Assembly: GCA_002269645.1 (NCBI GenBank)
Contig: NIVC01001130.1
Span: 62,001-126,000, forward strand
Origin: Macrostomum lignano
Lineage: Eukaryota
DNA length: 64,000 bases
Direction: 5' to 3'
Shown piece after piece: positions 13,458 through 26,130 of the stretch. The position numbers were made by a program, and so were the translations under genes. The notes under the pieces were generated by a model. The model was not told the origin of the DNA. It saw only the letters and a list, made by a program, of their open reading frames with translations, and did not search any database. Position 1 is the stretch's first letter; every line of letters starts with the position of its first letter.

Positions 13458-15533
13458 ATGGCGCACCTGCCGCTGCTTCTGCTCATCCTGCCGGCTCTGC
13501 TGCCATCCCCAACCGCTTCTGTTGGCATCGACTTTGCGCTGCACCGCTGCGAGCCCATCGCCGTGGAGGCCTGCCAGGGCATCGGCTACAACGCCACCAC
13601 AAAGATGCACAATCTGGCTGGCCACGCCGAGCAGAGAGACGCCGAGGTGCTGGTGAGATCCTTCATGCCGCTCATCCACTACAAGTGCTCAGCGAACCTG
13701 CGCTTCCTCCTGTGCTCGGTGCTGACCCCGATGTGCGATCCGAAGTGGCCGAAGCCCATCGGGCCCTGCCGGCCGCTCTGCCAGCACGTGCGCAGCCGCT
13801 GCTCCCCGGTGCTGGCCGATTTCGGCTTCGAGTGGCCCGCCTTCCTCAACTGCAGCCGATTCCCGCTGAGCAACGCCCGTGGCGACGACATGTGCATGGC
13901 CGGCAGCCCGGAGGTCGACCCCGAAGAGGACGGACCTGCCGGAGAGCCGGTCGGACGGCCCGGCAGAGGCGGCGGCAGCAGGGGCGGCAGCGGCGGCGCC
14001 GGGCCTGCCGAAGACTGGCGGCTGAACCTGGAGAAGTGGCTGCACGCGGTGCGCACTCAATCGTTCGGGCCGGACTGCGGCCACATGCGCAACCGGCAGC
14101 AGTACGTGTACATCAACCAGACCGCCGACTGCCTGCTCCGCTGCGGTGCGCACGACCTGTTCAGCCAGGACGACAAGCGACTGGCCGACGCGTGGGTGGC
14201 GGTCCTGGCCACGCTGTGCGCCCTGAGCTCCCTGCTCACCATCGCCACGTTTCTAATGGACCGGTCGCGTTTCAAATACCCGGTCAGGCCGGTGCTGTTC
14301 ATGGCGCTCTGCTACCTGTGCTACTCGCTGTCCTACTTTGTCCGGCTGGCGGCCGGGCGCGAGGCCGCCTCCTGCGACCGGGACCAGCTCAGCGGCAGCT
14401 CAGTGCTGATCCGGCACGGTCTGGACAACACCAACTGCGCTGTGGTCTTCCTGCTGCAGTACTTCTTCAGCATGGCCGCGTCTACCTGGTACGTGATGCT
14501 GGTGTTCACCTGGCTGCTGCAGGCCGGCTGGAAGTGGAGCCCGGAAGCCGTGGCAAGGAAGTCCTGCTACTTCCACCTGCCAGCCTGGGTTGTGCCCGTC
14601 TGCCTGACCGTCTGCGTCCTCATCGTGCGCAAGGTCGAGGCCGACGAACTATTCGGCATGTGCAACGTTGGCAACCAGAACTCGCACACCCTGCTGAGTT
14701 TTGTCATCGTGCCCAACGTGGTCTTCCTCGCCTTGGAGGTGATCTTCCTCTTAGCCGGCTTCGTGGCCATGGCCCGGGTCCGTCGCCACGTGAAATCCGA
14801 CGGCCAGAAGACGAACAAGTTCGACATGCTGATGGGCAAGATCGGCCTGTTCTCGGCGCTGTACGTCGTGCCGAATGCCTGCATCACGGCCTTCAACATC
14901 TACGACTACTCGAGCCGCGACCTCTGGCACGTGCCCGGCAGCCCCTACCGGCCGAGCTTGGCCGTCTTCCTCATCAAGGTGTTCGCCTCCCTGGTCATCG
15001 GCGTCACCACCATCCTGTGGATCTGGAGCGCCAAGACTCTGCAGACTTGGCGCCGACTTCTGGCGCCCTGGTCGGCGTCGTCGTCGGCGACGGCTTCGGC
15101 GGCCCAACGGCGCGGCGACAGAGGCTCCTCCGGCATCGGCGGTGGCCAGTACCCGAAGCTGCAGTATCAGCCGGCCGATCAGACGGACTCAGTGCAGCAC
15201 AGGCAGGTGCAGCATCAGCACCAGATGTCCGCCATGCAGCATCACCAGCAGCAGCAGCAGCAGATTCCTCTGGCGCACCAGCAGCAGCAGGCTACGCAGC
15301 TGATGATGCAGCACGTACAGCAGATGCCCACCCAGCATCACAGCGGCGGTAGGCAGCCGCAGCAGCCGCAGCCTCAGCCGCCGTCCTCTCTGGCCAGCGG
15401 ATCTTCACCAGGCTGGGCCGGTGGCAGCGGCGGCAAGCAGCCAATGGTCACGGCTCACTTTGCCAGCGAGAACAAAGTGAAAAGTTTTCCCAATCAGCAG
15501 CAGAGAGACCTGCCCGAGTCCACCTTCCTTTAG
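13458..15533 (+). CDS. FZD4: Frizzled receptor, FZD4-like, single coding exon, 691 aa
   Basis: Signal peptide (MAHLPLLLLILPALL), 10-Cys CRD (CEPI..C.GIGYN..KM.NLAGH..Q.DAE; PIGPC; FGFEWP..LNCSRFP), seven hydrophobic TM segments, MGKIGLFS in TM6 (Lys as in FZD4/9), IWSAKTLQTW (KTxxxW Dishevelled motif; human FZD4 reads IWSAKTLHTW), Gln-rich tail ending STFL. Subfamily call is from remembered alignment, not a search. Confidence 0.95.
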   Translation: MAHLPLLLLILPALLPSPTASVGIDFALHRCEPIAVEACQGIGYNATTKMHNLAGHAEQRDAEVLVRSFMPLIHYKCSANLRFLLCSVLTPMCDPKWPKPIGPCRPLCQHVRSRCSPVLADFGFEWPAFLNCSRFPLSNARGDDMCMAGSPEVDPEEDGPAGEPVGRPGRGGGSRGGSGGAGPAEDWRLNLEKWLHAVRTQSFGPDCGHMRNRQQYVYINQTADCLLRCGAHDLFSQDDKRLADAWVAVLATLCALSSLLTIATFLMDRSRFKYPVRPVLFMALCYLCYSLSYFVRLAAGREAASCDRDQLSGSSVLIRHGLDNTNCAVVFLLQYFFSMAASTWYVMLVFTWLLQAGWKWSPEAVARKSCYFHLPAWVVPVCLTVCVLIVRKVEADELFGMCNVGNQNSHTLLSFVIVPNVVFLALEVIFLLAGFVAMARVRRHVKSDGQKTNKFDMLMGKIGLFSALYVVPNACITAFNIYDYSSRDLWHVPGSPYRPSLAVFLIKVFASLVIGVTTILWIWSAKTLQTWRRLLAPWSASSSATASAAQRRGDRGSSGIGGGQYPKLQYQPADQTDSVQHRQVQHQHQMSAMQHHQQQQQQIPLAHQQQQATQLMMQHVQQMPTQHHSGGRQPQQPQPQPPSSLASGSSPGWAGGSGGKQPMVTAHFASENKVKSFPNQQQRDLPESTFL

Positions 15534-17459
15534 GAGCGGTGAGTTCTCATGAGCTGTTTTGAGTTTTAATACCCTAAATACATGAGGTCTAAGCCCCCAT
15601 AGACTATAGAGCATGAGTCCTAAGCACCCATAGACTATAAAACACGGGTCGAAATTCGAGTTCTGCCTTTCTTACGAAGCTTTGAAATGCAGGCTTCTAG
15701 AGCAGTTACTAGACAATAATGCTAAATGATGTGTGCAAAAACAGCTTAAAATAAAAAAGATATTTAGTGTCTGTGGAAGTGTAGGACACAGTGCCGTGGT
15801 GGGGTGGCTGGCCTGTGTGAGAAACCCGTCGGACAATCTGTCAGTCAAATTCTGCAAACAACGGGGGCTAGAAAAGTGGCGCTTGCCAACAATAGTGCGG
15901 AATAGGCAGAAAGACGGACAGAGCTCACAGCCTGGCTTCCAAAAGAATTTATTAAAAAGCAATATCTTTGCGAGCGGTATAGAACAGACAAGAAGTGAGC
16001 AGAAGAAGACCTGTCTATAGAACTGAGAAGGGGCAAGTCAGCCTTTAGCAATAATAATAAGCCCTCTGAGCTGGCTGAGTCTACAACAATTGCCAACCAG
16101 CAGTCCCCATAGCTTAGCCCAGCTCTCTTATTCAGCCCTCAGTTAACAATAACAACTGCGCATAATGGGTAGCTTATAGAAGAGCTGCGGTGGTGCCTGA
16201 CAGGCCTCAGCGCTTGTGTCCTGCTCACTTTTTTTGACGATTTTGACAGCACCGGGGCAGCTCTGTCGTATGTCCCCCACTCCCTCCACTTCAAGCGGAC
16301 CAACCCCCATTCTCTCTCTCTTGCCTCACCGCCAGTGACAGCTACAGCAGTAGCTATAGTGTTAGTTTTAGCTGATTTGAGAGCAGCAGCAGCAGCAGCA
16401 GCAGACTTAATATTAGCTGACTGCGTGCGCCTCCGACTTCCCTACAGACAAATACTATGGAAAGCATTCTCCCCCCCGAGCCTAAGCCGCTCTTGACCCT
16501 GAAAACTCCATATATACTTCTATCCCTGTAGAAACAGTTCATTCTTGTTGAGATTTGAGCTGGGTGGGGTCTCTTTCCCTTACGACTACAGCTCCGAAGT
16601 GATCTGTTCGGACTTCTGGGGCCCGAACTTCTACTGAGTGTAGCATGATTTCATTGTAGAAAAATAATTTGACTCCTGAGCACAATACTGTACGAAGGCA
16701 CAGCACTCGTACACTCGCTCACACGGGGTGTACAGCGGCCCTGACTTTCTAATCGTCAGGCATGTACACTACAAGCCCCCAAATGAATGTTGATCGCGCA
16801 AGGAATCGAGCCCAGGGACCCCGGGTTAGACGCGAGATTCCAATATTAACAAAAATAACGCATCGGTACAAAAACAAAGCCATTGATTTGTTGCAGGGAG
16901 CATCTGGTTCAATGAAACCCACCGAGACGCGATCGAGAGTCGACTCTTCGGACATCTGAACAAAAGTATTTTTATGTCAAAAAACTTTTAACTTTCAAAA
17001 CAACTTTGCGATTTTATTTACGATATTTTCTTCTTTTTCAATAACAATGCGCGGCCACAGCGGTTGGCGGCAGTCACAGTCAATGCAATTGCTGTACATG
17101 CTGCATACATTAATTACTACTTCTGTCACATTAGATTCAGCAACGCATGAGTACTGTAGTTCGTAGCGTAGCTTTCAAGTTTTTTTACTCTGCTTCTATC
17201 ATAAAGTGCTTACTTCTATAATTTCCTGTGTATATTCTTCTCCACTCTTATCGAGCCCCAATATTGATTTCTAACAGCCCCAATCATTGCAGTTTGTTTT
17301 ATTTTCAACTTCAAGACAGGAAGGAAGTCTTGCAGGCCAATAGACTTGGCTTGAAGCACCTTATATCGAGCTTATATGTACAATATGCGACTCAACTCTC
17401 TGCGTGTATTTTACCATGATGCAGAGTTATTGCTGCTTCACACTTCGGATCCATTTGCA

Positions 17460-17655
17460 CCTGTCTGTCTGTCTGTGTGTCTGTCTGTCTGTCTGTCTTA
17501 GTGTCTTAGTGTCTGCCTGTCTCATGTCCATCCGCCTGTCTGTCTGTCAATCCCTGTCTGTCTATCTGTCAGTCTGTTATAGTGTCTGTCTGTCTGTCTG
17601 TTATAGTGTCTGTCTGTCTGTTATAGTGTCTGTCTGTCTATCTGTCTGTCTGTCA
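17460..17655. repeat. Degenerate (TCTG)n microsatellite
   Basis: Direct reading, includes ttagtg interruptions. Confidence 0.8.
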
Positions 17656-18149
17656 ATCCAATCCCACTTTGCTCCTTCAGAAAGCTACCCAATGCAACAA
17701 CCTGCAGTTTTCCATACCGAGCTTATATGTGGCAGTCGACACTTCTCTAGTCTCGTTACCCCAGCGCGTAACATATTGCACAATGAAGTGTAACATTATT
17801 TTTCAATGCTAAATAATGATTTATTATGAGTAGATCAATATCCCCTCCAGTTGAATGCTGACCGCACCTTTGTCCCATGTTTGTAACTATGCGCGCACAA
17901 GCTTCATCGCAGTTCTTGCTCGTATTTAAATGCATAAAACTTTTATCAAGTAATTGTTTTACCAGTAACTCAATGAATTTTATAGGATTTTTTCTGAACA
18001 ACAATATTTAACGCGCAAGTGCAAGTCTATATTATTTACTGAATACTATTATATATATATAATTAACAAAATATCAAATAATAGATTGGTAGCCTATTTT
18101 GTGTTTTATTTCTTTTTCACTTGCTTCGTGAACATCGAAGTACTTATCT

Positions 18150-19075
18150 AGCTTGTGAACTTATTGAGCTTGTGAACTTATTGAGCTTGTGAACTTTTAA
18201 GCTTGTGAACTTATTGAGCTTGTGAACTTATCCTTGTGAACTTATTGAGCTTGTGAACTTATCTAGCTTGTGAACATATTGAGCTTGTGAACTTATCTAG
18301 CTTGTGAACTTATTGAGCTTGTGAACTTATCTAGCTTGTGAACATATTGAGCTTGCGAACTTATCTAGCTTGTGAACTTATTGAGCTTGTGAACTTATCC
18401 TTGTGAACTTATTGAGCTTGTGAACTTATCTAGCTTGTGAACATATCTAGCTTGTGAACATATTGAGCTTGTGAACTTATCTAGCTTGTGAACTTATTGA
18501 GCTTGTGAACTTATCTAGCTTGTGAACATATTGAGCTTGTGAACTCATCTAGCTTGTGAACTTATTGAGCTTGTGAACTTATCTAGCTTGTGAACTTATT
18601 GAGCTTGTGAACTTATCTAGCTTGTGAACATATTGAGCTTGTGAACTCATCTAGCTTGTGAACTTATTGAGCTTGTGAAGTTATTGAGCTTGTGAAGTTA
18701 TTGAGCTTGTGAACTTATCTAGCTTGTGAACTTATTGAGCTTGTGAACTTATCTAGCTTGTGAACTTATTGAGCTTGTGAACTTATCTAGCTTGTGAACT
18801 TATTGAGCTTGTGAACTTATTGAGCTTGTGAACTTATTGAGCTTGTGAACTTATTGAGCCTGTGAACTTATTGAGCTTGTGAACTTATTGAGCTTGTGAA
18901 CTTATTGAGCTTGTGAAGTTATTGAGCTTGTGAAGTTATTGAGCTTGTGAAGTTATTGAGCTTGTGAACTTATTGAGCTTGTGAACTTATTGAGCTTGTG
19001 AACTTATTGAGCTTGTGAACTTATTGAGCTTGTGAACTTATTGAGCTTGTGAACTTATTGAGCTTGTGAACTTTC
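18150..19075. repeat. 17-bp minisatellite, about 54 copies
   Basis: cttattgagcttgtgaa / cttatctagcttgtgaa. Confidence 0.95.
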
Positions 19076-19904
19076 AACATTATGAGCTTGTCGAGCTTAA
19101 AAACCATCAAGTTTGAGAAGTTTCGAGACTTTCCCTATATGACCTTTGATTGAGTCGAAGAAATCGGTCTCAGCAGAGGCCCAGCTGTTCATAGGAAATG
19201 AGTTGCCGCACTTTGAATAGACGGGTATACAAGATAAAAACGGGCTGTGGACTCGGTGAGGCTGGACAAGACAAGCTTCATCAATAGCGCCACGCAGCGA
19301 AATGCTGTTGAGAGGCCCGCTCATCATATTCTCAGCAGCTGTAGGCAGAACTGCAGGTCTGCCATTTTTCCTGCCTCCTCACAGCAGCAGCAGGGGTGTC
19401 AGTTATTGATGCAGCAGCAGCAGCAGCCATGACTGACGGCGGGCACACTTGACATGACACGTATGCCAGAGTTTGAGTGAGGTAGAAGAGAGACAGGGAG
19501 GCAGAGGGTCGCCACTGGGAGAGATAGAGAAGCCGTCTGAGTCTTTATAGAGATGTCAGGTATTAAGACTGATGCGGCGTCTTGCCTGCCTGATGAGACA
19601 GACCGCTTTGCTCAGAAGCTATTCTTTGCAATACCCTGGGCGTTTCATCTAACATCTAACTGTATACTATGTTCGGCTTAGCTCTCCATCCATCTCTCAC
19701 TCTATCTCTCATTCTCAAGCTATTGTCGAACGAGTCCCACAGTACAAAATACGAGACCCAAAAAGAACACTGCAACGAATTGAGCTGTCAATCTGTCATC
19801 ATGTCAACGAGCGGAGAAGAAACTCGAACGACGGCTGAGTTTTAGTAAAACTTGAATTTCCCTATTCGCAAAACTGCAACCATACACAGCGGATCCTTTC
19901 TTGG

Positions 19905-20485
19905 CCACAGACATTTGGAGACTTTATTGGTCATAGACATTTGGACACTTTATTGGTCATAGACATTTGGAGACTTTATTGGCCATAGACATTTGGAGAC
20001 TTTATTGGCCATAGACATTTGGACACTTTATTGGCCATAGACATTTGGAGACTTTATTGGTCATAGACATTTGGACACTTTATTGGCCATAGACATTTGG
20101 AGACTTTATTGGCCATAGACATTTGGAGACTTTATTGGTCATAGACATTTGGACACTTTATTGGCCATAGACATTTGTAGACTTTATTGGCCATAGACAT
20201 TTGGACACTTTATTGGCCATATACATTTGGACACTTTATTGGCCATAGACATTTGGAGACTTTATTGGCCATAGACATTTGGACACTTTATTGGCCATAG
20301 ACATTTGGAGACTTTATTGGCCATAGACATTTGGAGACTTTATTGGTCATAGACATTTGGACACTTTATTGGTCATAGACATTTGGACACTTTATTGGCC
20401 ATAGACATTTGGAGACTTTATTGGCCATTGACATTTAGGGACTTTATTGGCCATAGACATTTGGAGACTCTATTGGCCATAGACA
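19905..20485. repeat. 26-bp minisatellite, about 22 copies
   Basis: ggccatagacatttggagactttatt, with ggtcat variants. Confidence 0.95.
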
Positions 20486-21319
20486 ACCTTAGCTGGAGGG
20501 CCGCTGCCTGAAAAATAAGGAACCCAAAAGACACACTTCTATAGCCTCAGACGCGGATCTAGAATTGAAAGTCGATACTTTGCCTATCCTGAATGCCATA
20601 TAAAGCATAGTCAGTTAGAATTAGGACAGCAGCTGGTGGAAGCCACCAAGGTGAAACTCGCTCGCCTCCTACACACCCGAGTTTGAAACTCAAACAAGAA
20701 ACTCCCGCCTCGCCCCCGGGGCTACAACCCCCCCCCCTATTTAAAGGCCGCTTTTCTCCTCCCTTTCATTATCTCGTTAAAGCAAAGCGAGCCCTGCATA
20801 CAGGGTTAGTTATAGAAATAGACAGACACTTTTGAGGGAGGAGTAACCCCATCATTTTCTTGTTTGCCGGAGCTCGCAAATTTGGTGGAGGGGGCGGGGA
20901 GGGTGGGTGAATTAGCGAGCGGCTCAAAGCGAAGCTAGTCGAGTCGATAATGAAGCTTCGCTTGTAGAAGCTGCAAGTTAGGGCTGCTCTACCTGTATTG
21001 CTTTTTACGTCACTAGCTATCTTGGAATTGTATCGAAATGCATAATTAATTAGCTTATATCAAGCTATAAGCAGTCGGATTAGTTCTTTGCTTCTTTCTG
21101 GTTTCCAGAGTTTCCGATTTGCTTTTTTACGTCCGCTGATTTTTTTTCACTTCTTTTTGTCAACCGGGAAAAACAGATGTGGAAGCCGCTTTGTGGCGGG
21201 TGACTAAACCTGTGATGTGGCTGGTTGGTGAACTTGGTGAAAGGATTTCAGCTACTGTAGCGAGGCTGAGGGTGGGACTCTACTCAAGAAAGGAGTACTA
21301 ACTGTCCTCAGGGTCCAGG

Positions 21320-22215
21320 CGCCATTTCTAGTCTGATCCAGGGCCCATTTCTAGTCTGATCTAGGCGCCATGTCTAGTCTGATCTAGGCGCCATTTCTAT
21401 TCTGGTCTAGGCGCCATTTTTAGTCTGATCTAGGCGCCATTTCTATTCTGATCTAAGCGCCATGTCTAGTCTGATCTAGGCGCCATTTCTAGTCTGATCT
21501 AGACGCCATTTCTATTCTGATCTAGGCGCCATTTCTATTCTGATCTAAGCGCGATGTCTAGTCTGATCTAGGCGCCATTTCTAGTCTGATCTAGGCGCCA
21601 TTTCTATTCTGATCTAGGCGCCATTTCTATTCTGATCTAGGCGCCATTTCTAGTCTGATCTAGGCGCCATGTCTAGTCTGATCTAGGCGCCATTTCTATT
21701 CTGATCTAGGCGCCATTTTTAGTCTGATGTAGGCGCCATTTCTATTCTGATCTAAGCGCCATTTCTAGTCTGATCTAGGCGCCATGTCTAGTCTGATCTA
21801 GGCGCCATTTCTATTCTGATCTAGGCGCCATGTCTAGTCTGATCTAGTGCCCATGTCTAGTCTGATCTAGGCGCCATTTCTAGTCTGATCTAGGCGCCAT
21901 GTCTAGTCTGATCTAGTGCCCATTTCTAGTCTGATCTAGGCGCCATTTCTATTCTGATCTAGGCGCCATGTCTAGTCTGATCTAGTGCCCATTTCTAGTC
22001 TGATCTAGGCGCCATGTCTAGTCTGATCTAGGCGCCATTTCTAGTCTGATCTAGGCGCCATGTCTAGTCTGATCTAGGCGCCATGTTTAATCTGATCTAG
22101 GCGCCATGTCTAGTCTGATCTAGGCGCCATGTCTAGTCTGATCTAGGGCCCATTTCTAGTCTGATCTAAGCGCCATTTCTAGTCTGATCTAGGCGCCATT
22201 TCTATTCTGATCTAG
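21320..22215. repeat. 23-bp minisatellite, about 39 copies
   Basis: ctaggcgccatttctagtctgat. Confidence 0.95.
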
Positions 22216-22806
22216 GCGCCATTTTCAGTCTAATCTAGACACCTTCTCACTAATTTTAGGCCGGAAACCTGAGCTCAGGTGCAATTCCCTGCATAGCAAC
22301 ACATTTCATTGCGGAGGTCAATAGGTTCTCGCTGGTTCATCTCGCTTACAATTGAGAAGTTTTTTGACAATTAAACTCTTTCCTAATATGAAGGATAACG
22401 AAGCCGCGCGAAGAAGGGTGCTTGAATGTGTCAGCTGTCTCATACATCCCAGTTAGCAAGCCCAATCATTCAGCTCCACTGCTCGTTAAAGAAGCACAGA
22501 AACCAAAATTGAAGCGCGCCCAGTGATAACCGACGACCTTTTCCATTGATTTTCAACTATCCCAAGCCAGTTGAGTTTATTGATTGTGAATCCTTTTATT
22601 TGGGAGAGCGGGTGAACCCGATGGTTTGTGCCACCGGGTTCGTGTCATGGTCTGACTGATTGACAGCTTGAAGGTCGACGAGTTGCGTTGAGGAAGGGGT
22701 GTGTTGGGAGCCAGGGTGAAGCTCAAGGATTGAGGTTGTGGGTTCATGCTGGAGCAGTGCTAACCTTCTTGGGTAGCAGGGGTAACGTTTTTTTCTAGGA
22801 AACGGA

Positions 22807-23930
22807 GGCAGCGGAGGGGAGCGGAGGGGAGCGGAGGGGAGCGGAGAGACTGGAGGGGAGTGGAGGGGAGAGGAGGGGAGCGGAGGGGAGCGGAGAGACT
22901 GGAGGGGAGCGGAGAGACTGGAGGGGAGCGGAGAGACTGGAGGGGAGCGGAGAGACTGGAGGGGAGCGGAGAGACTGGAGGGGAGCGGAGGGGAGCGGAG
23001 AGACTGGAGGGGAGCGGAAGGGAGCGGAGAGACTGGAGGGGAGCGGAGAGACTGGAGGGGAGCGGAGAGGCTGGAGGGGAGCGGAGAGACTGGAGGGGAG
23101 CGGAGGGGAGCGGAGGGGAGCGGAGGGGAGCGGAGGGGAGCGGAGGGGAGCGGAGGGGAGCGGAGGGGAGCGGAGGGGAGCGGAGGGGAGCGGAGGGGAG
23201 CGGAGGGGAGCGGAGGGGAGCGGAGGGGAGCGGAGGGGAGCGCGGAGGGGAGCGGAGGGGAGCGGAGGGGAGCGGAGACGCTGGAGGGGAGCGGAGGAGA
23301 GCGGAGGAGAGCGGAGGGAGCGGAGAGGAGCGGAGAGACTGGAGATGAGCGGAGGGGAGCGGAGAGACTGGAGGGGAGCGGAGGGGAGCGGAGAGACTGG
23401 AGGGGAGCGGAGGGGAGCGGAGGGGAGCGGAGGCGAGCGGAGAGACTGGAGGGGAGCGGAGAGGCTGGAGGGGAGCGGAGGGACTGGAGGGGAGTGGAGG
23501 GAAGCGGAGAGGCTGGAGGGGAGCGGAGAGGCTGGAGGGGAGCGGAGGGACTGGAGGGGAGTGGAGGGAAGCGGAGAGGCTGGAGGGGAGCGGAGAGGCT
23601 GGAGGGGAGCGGAGGGACTGGAGGGGAGTGGAGGGAAGCGGAGAGGCTGGAGGGGAGCGGAGAGGCTGGAGGGGAGGGGAGGGAAGCGGAGGGGAGAGGA
23701 GGGGAGCGGAGGGGAGCGGAGGGGAGAGGAGGGGAGCGGAAGGGGAGCGGAGACGCTGGAGGGGAGCGGAGGGGAGCGGAGGGGAGCGGAGGGGAGCGGA
23801 GAGGCTCGAGGGGAGCGGAGGGGAGAGGAGGGGAGCGGAAGGGGAGCGGAGACGCTGGAGGGGAGCGGAGGGGAGCGGAGGGGAGCGGAGAGGCTCGAGG
23901 GGAGCGGAGGAGAGCGGAGAGAAGCGGAGG
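22807..23930 (+). repeat. Purine-rich ggaggggagc-based minisatellite (left arm of an inverted pair)
   Basis: 10-bp unit plus ggagagact variants. Confidence 0.9.
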
Positions 23931-24399
23931 TGGGCTATTTCCACATTGTCTTATTTTTAAGATCTAAGATCATAGATCCGAAAACTCAACTTTTCAAAGC
24001 TTACTCCCACTGCTTTCATTTTTCCAAGAAGCGAGACAGTCACTGGCAAACAAGGGGAAAAAGCAAACAGATCCTGTGCCGGATCGTCCAGGTGTCCGGA
24101 GTTGTCCTTGTCTCGAACAAGGCAAGGCAAACTGCTCGTCCACTTTGGGATCGGATTTCATTGGCAGGCAGAATGCAGGGAGATGGAGTGCGACTTTTTC
24201 TACTACTTTATTTATCAGATGCGTTGGTTCGATTCCTGTCACAGATATTTCAATCACTGTGCTCATGCAGATCGAGTTCTCAGTTTCTCTTGGCCCTCTG
24301 CATCTGCTTCTCAATTTCTACTTCCCTCAATATTTCTGTCGCATCAGCAATGGCTCGGCATCTCAGCACTCGCTGCATCTCTCCCTTCAACCTTCTCTC

Positions 24400-24975
24400 C
24401 GTTGTCCTCCGCTCCCCTCCGCTCCCCTCCTCTCCCCTCCAGCCTCTCCACTGTCCTCCGCTGTCCTCCACTCCCCTCCGCTCCCCTCCAGCCTCTCCGC
24501 TCCCCTCCGCTCCCCTCCTCTCCCCTCCTGTCTCCTCCTCTCCCCTCTGCTCCCCTCCGCTCCCCTCCAGCCTCTCCGCTCCTCTCCGCTCCTCTCCGCT
24601 CCCCTCCAGCCTCTCCGCTCCCCTCCGCTCCCCTCCGCTCCCCTCCTGTCTCCTCCGCTCCCCTCCGCTCCCCTCCGCTCCCCTCCGCTCCCCTCCGCTC
24701 CCCTCCTGTCTCCTCCGCTCCCCTCCAGCCTCTCCGCTCCCCTCCGCTCCCCTCCTCTCCCCTCCGCTCCCCTCCGCTCCCCTCCGCTCCCCTCCGCTCC
24801 TCTCCTCTCCCCTCCGCTCCCCTCCGCTCCCCTCCTCTCCCCTCCGCTCCCTTCCAGCCTCTCCGCTCCCCTCCGCTCCCCTCCAGCCTCTCCGCTCCCC
24901 TCCGCTCCGCTCCAGCGTCTCCGCTGTCCTCCGCTGTCCTCCACTCCCCTCCGCTCCCCTCCAGTCTCTTCTCTC
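24400..24975 (-). repeat. Same minisatellite in inverted orientation (right arm)
   Basis: gctcccctcc and cagcctctcc units are the reverse complement of the left-arm units. Confidence 0.9.
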
Positions 24976-25709
24976 CCGCACCGCATCCATGGCCCTATTA
25001 ACACTATTCGCCACGGTCCTCTGTTTCATTGAGCACAAAGAGTGTTTTACCAAACTGAAACATTCAGAAAGCAGGAACAGAGACAGTCTTCCATTAGGAA
25101 AAATATTTTAATTATGAAAATTGAATTACAGGGGAATTGGATAAGCAAAACAGCCCAGCCAAGGATACGTGACAGCAATTAGAGCAAAAAACAATGAAGC
25201 AAAATGGATGGCTGAATTCTCACCTACCATTTGGAGCTCATCAAACAAGCTGGCCTCGTTAAATAACCTGCCAAACTGACTGACTGACGGGCGCCCGCAT
25301 CTCAGGGCATTTTTATGTTACGAGTTAATTAAAAATTTATAGAAACAAATCAGTCTAGATTAACCATGCAGTTCGAATTTGTTAGAATGGCTTCAATGAC
25401 TCACAGGGAAATGCTCAGGAGAACAACGGGGACAAAAGTGCTCTGTCTGCCTGTCTGCTCAAGAGTCAATATAGGAGGACTGTGCAAACACAAGCCAGTT
25501 AGTGGACTCGGCTATGCAAAGCCTAGCTATAGAGATTGTGAGCGAAATTGAAGCCAACTTTAATAACGATTTTCTAAGCCCAAGCCATGAAGTCCGCGCG
25601 CACTGGGTCAGTGTCAGGTCAATTCCCAATCTGTACTCTTTTATTGAGTTACCGAAGTGGAAGTTTTTTCGGTAGGCAGCTTTTGAGATGCTTTGTTCTC
25701 ATTAACAAA

Positions 25710-26130
25710 ATGGCGCCTTCATCGACACTACATGTAAAAATATCGCCTTCATCGACATCCTAAAATGGCGCCTTCGACTTCATCGACACTAAAAACGGCG
25801 CCTTCATCGACACTAAAAACGGCGCCTTCATCGACAATCAAAACGGCGCCTTCATCAACACTAAAAACGGCGCCATCATCGACAATAAAAATGGCGCCTT
25901 TATCGACACTAAAAACGGCGCCATCGTCGACACTAAAAACGGCGCCTTCATCGACACTAGAAAATGGCGCCTTCATCGACATCCTAAAATGGCGCCTTCG
26001 ACTTCACCGACACTAAAAATGGCGCCTTTATCGACACCAAAAACGGCGCGATCATCGACACTAAAAACGGCGCCTTCATCGACACTAAAAAACAGCGCCA
26101 TCATCGACACTAAAAATGACGTCTTCATCG
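25710..26130. repeat. 24-bp minisatellite, about 17 diverged copies
   Basis: ctaaaaacggcgccttcatcgaca. Confidence 0.9.

Noticed and set aside
13679-15352. Alternative-frame and antisense ORFs over frizzled (555 aa and smaller)
   Set aside because: Expected shadows of a GC3-rich coding sequence; no motifs.
22760-25111. Large ORFs up to 588 aa through the inverted GA-rich arrays
   Set aside because: Low-complexity repeat translation; the core region gives no recognisable domain.
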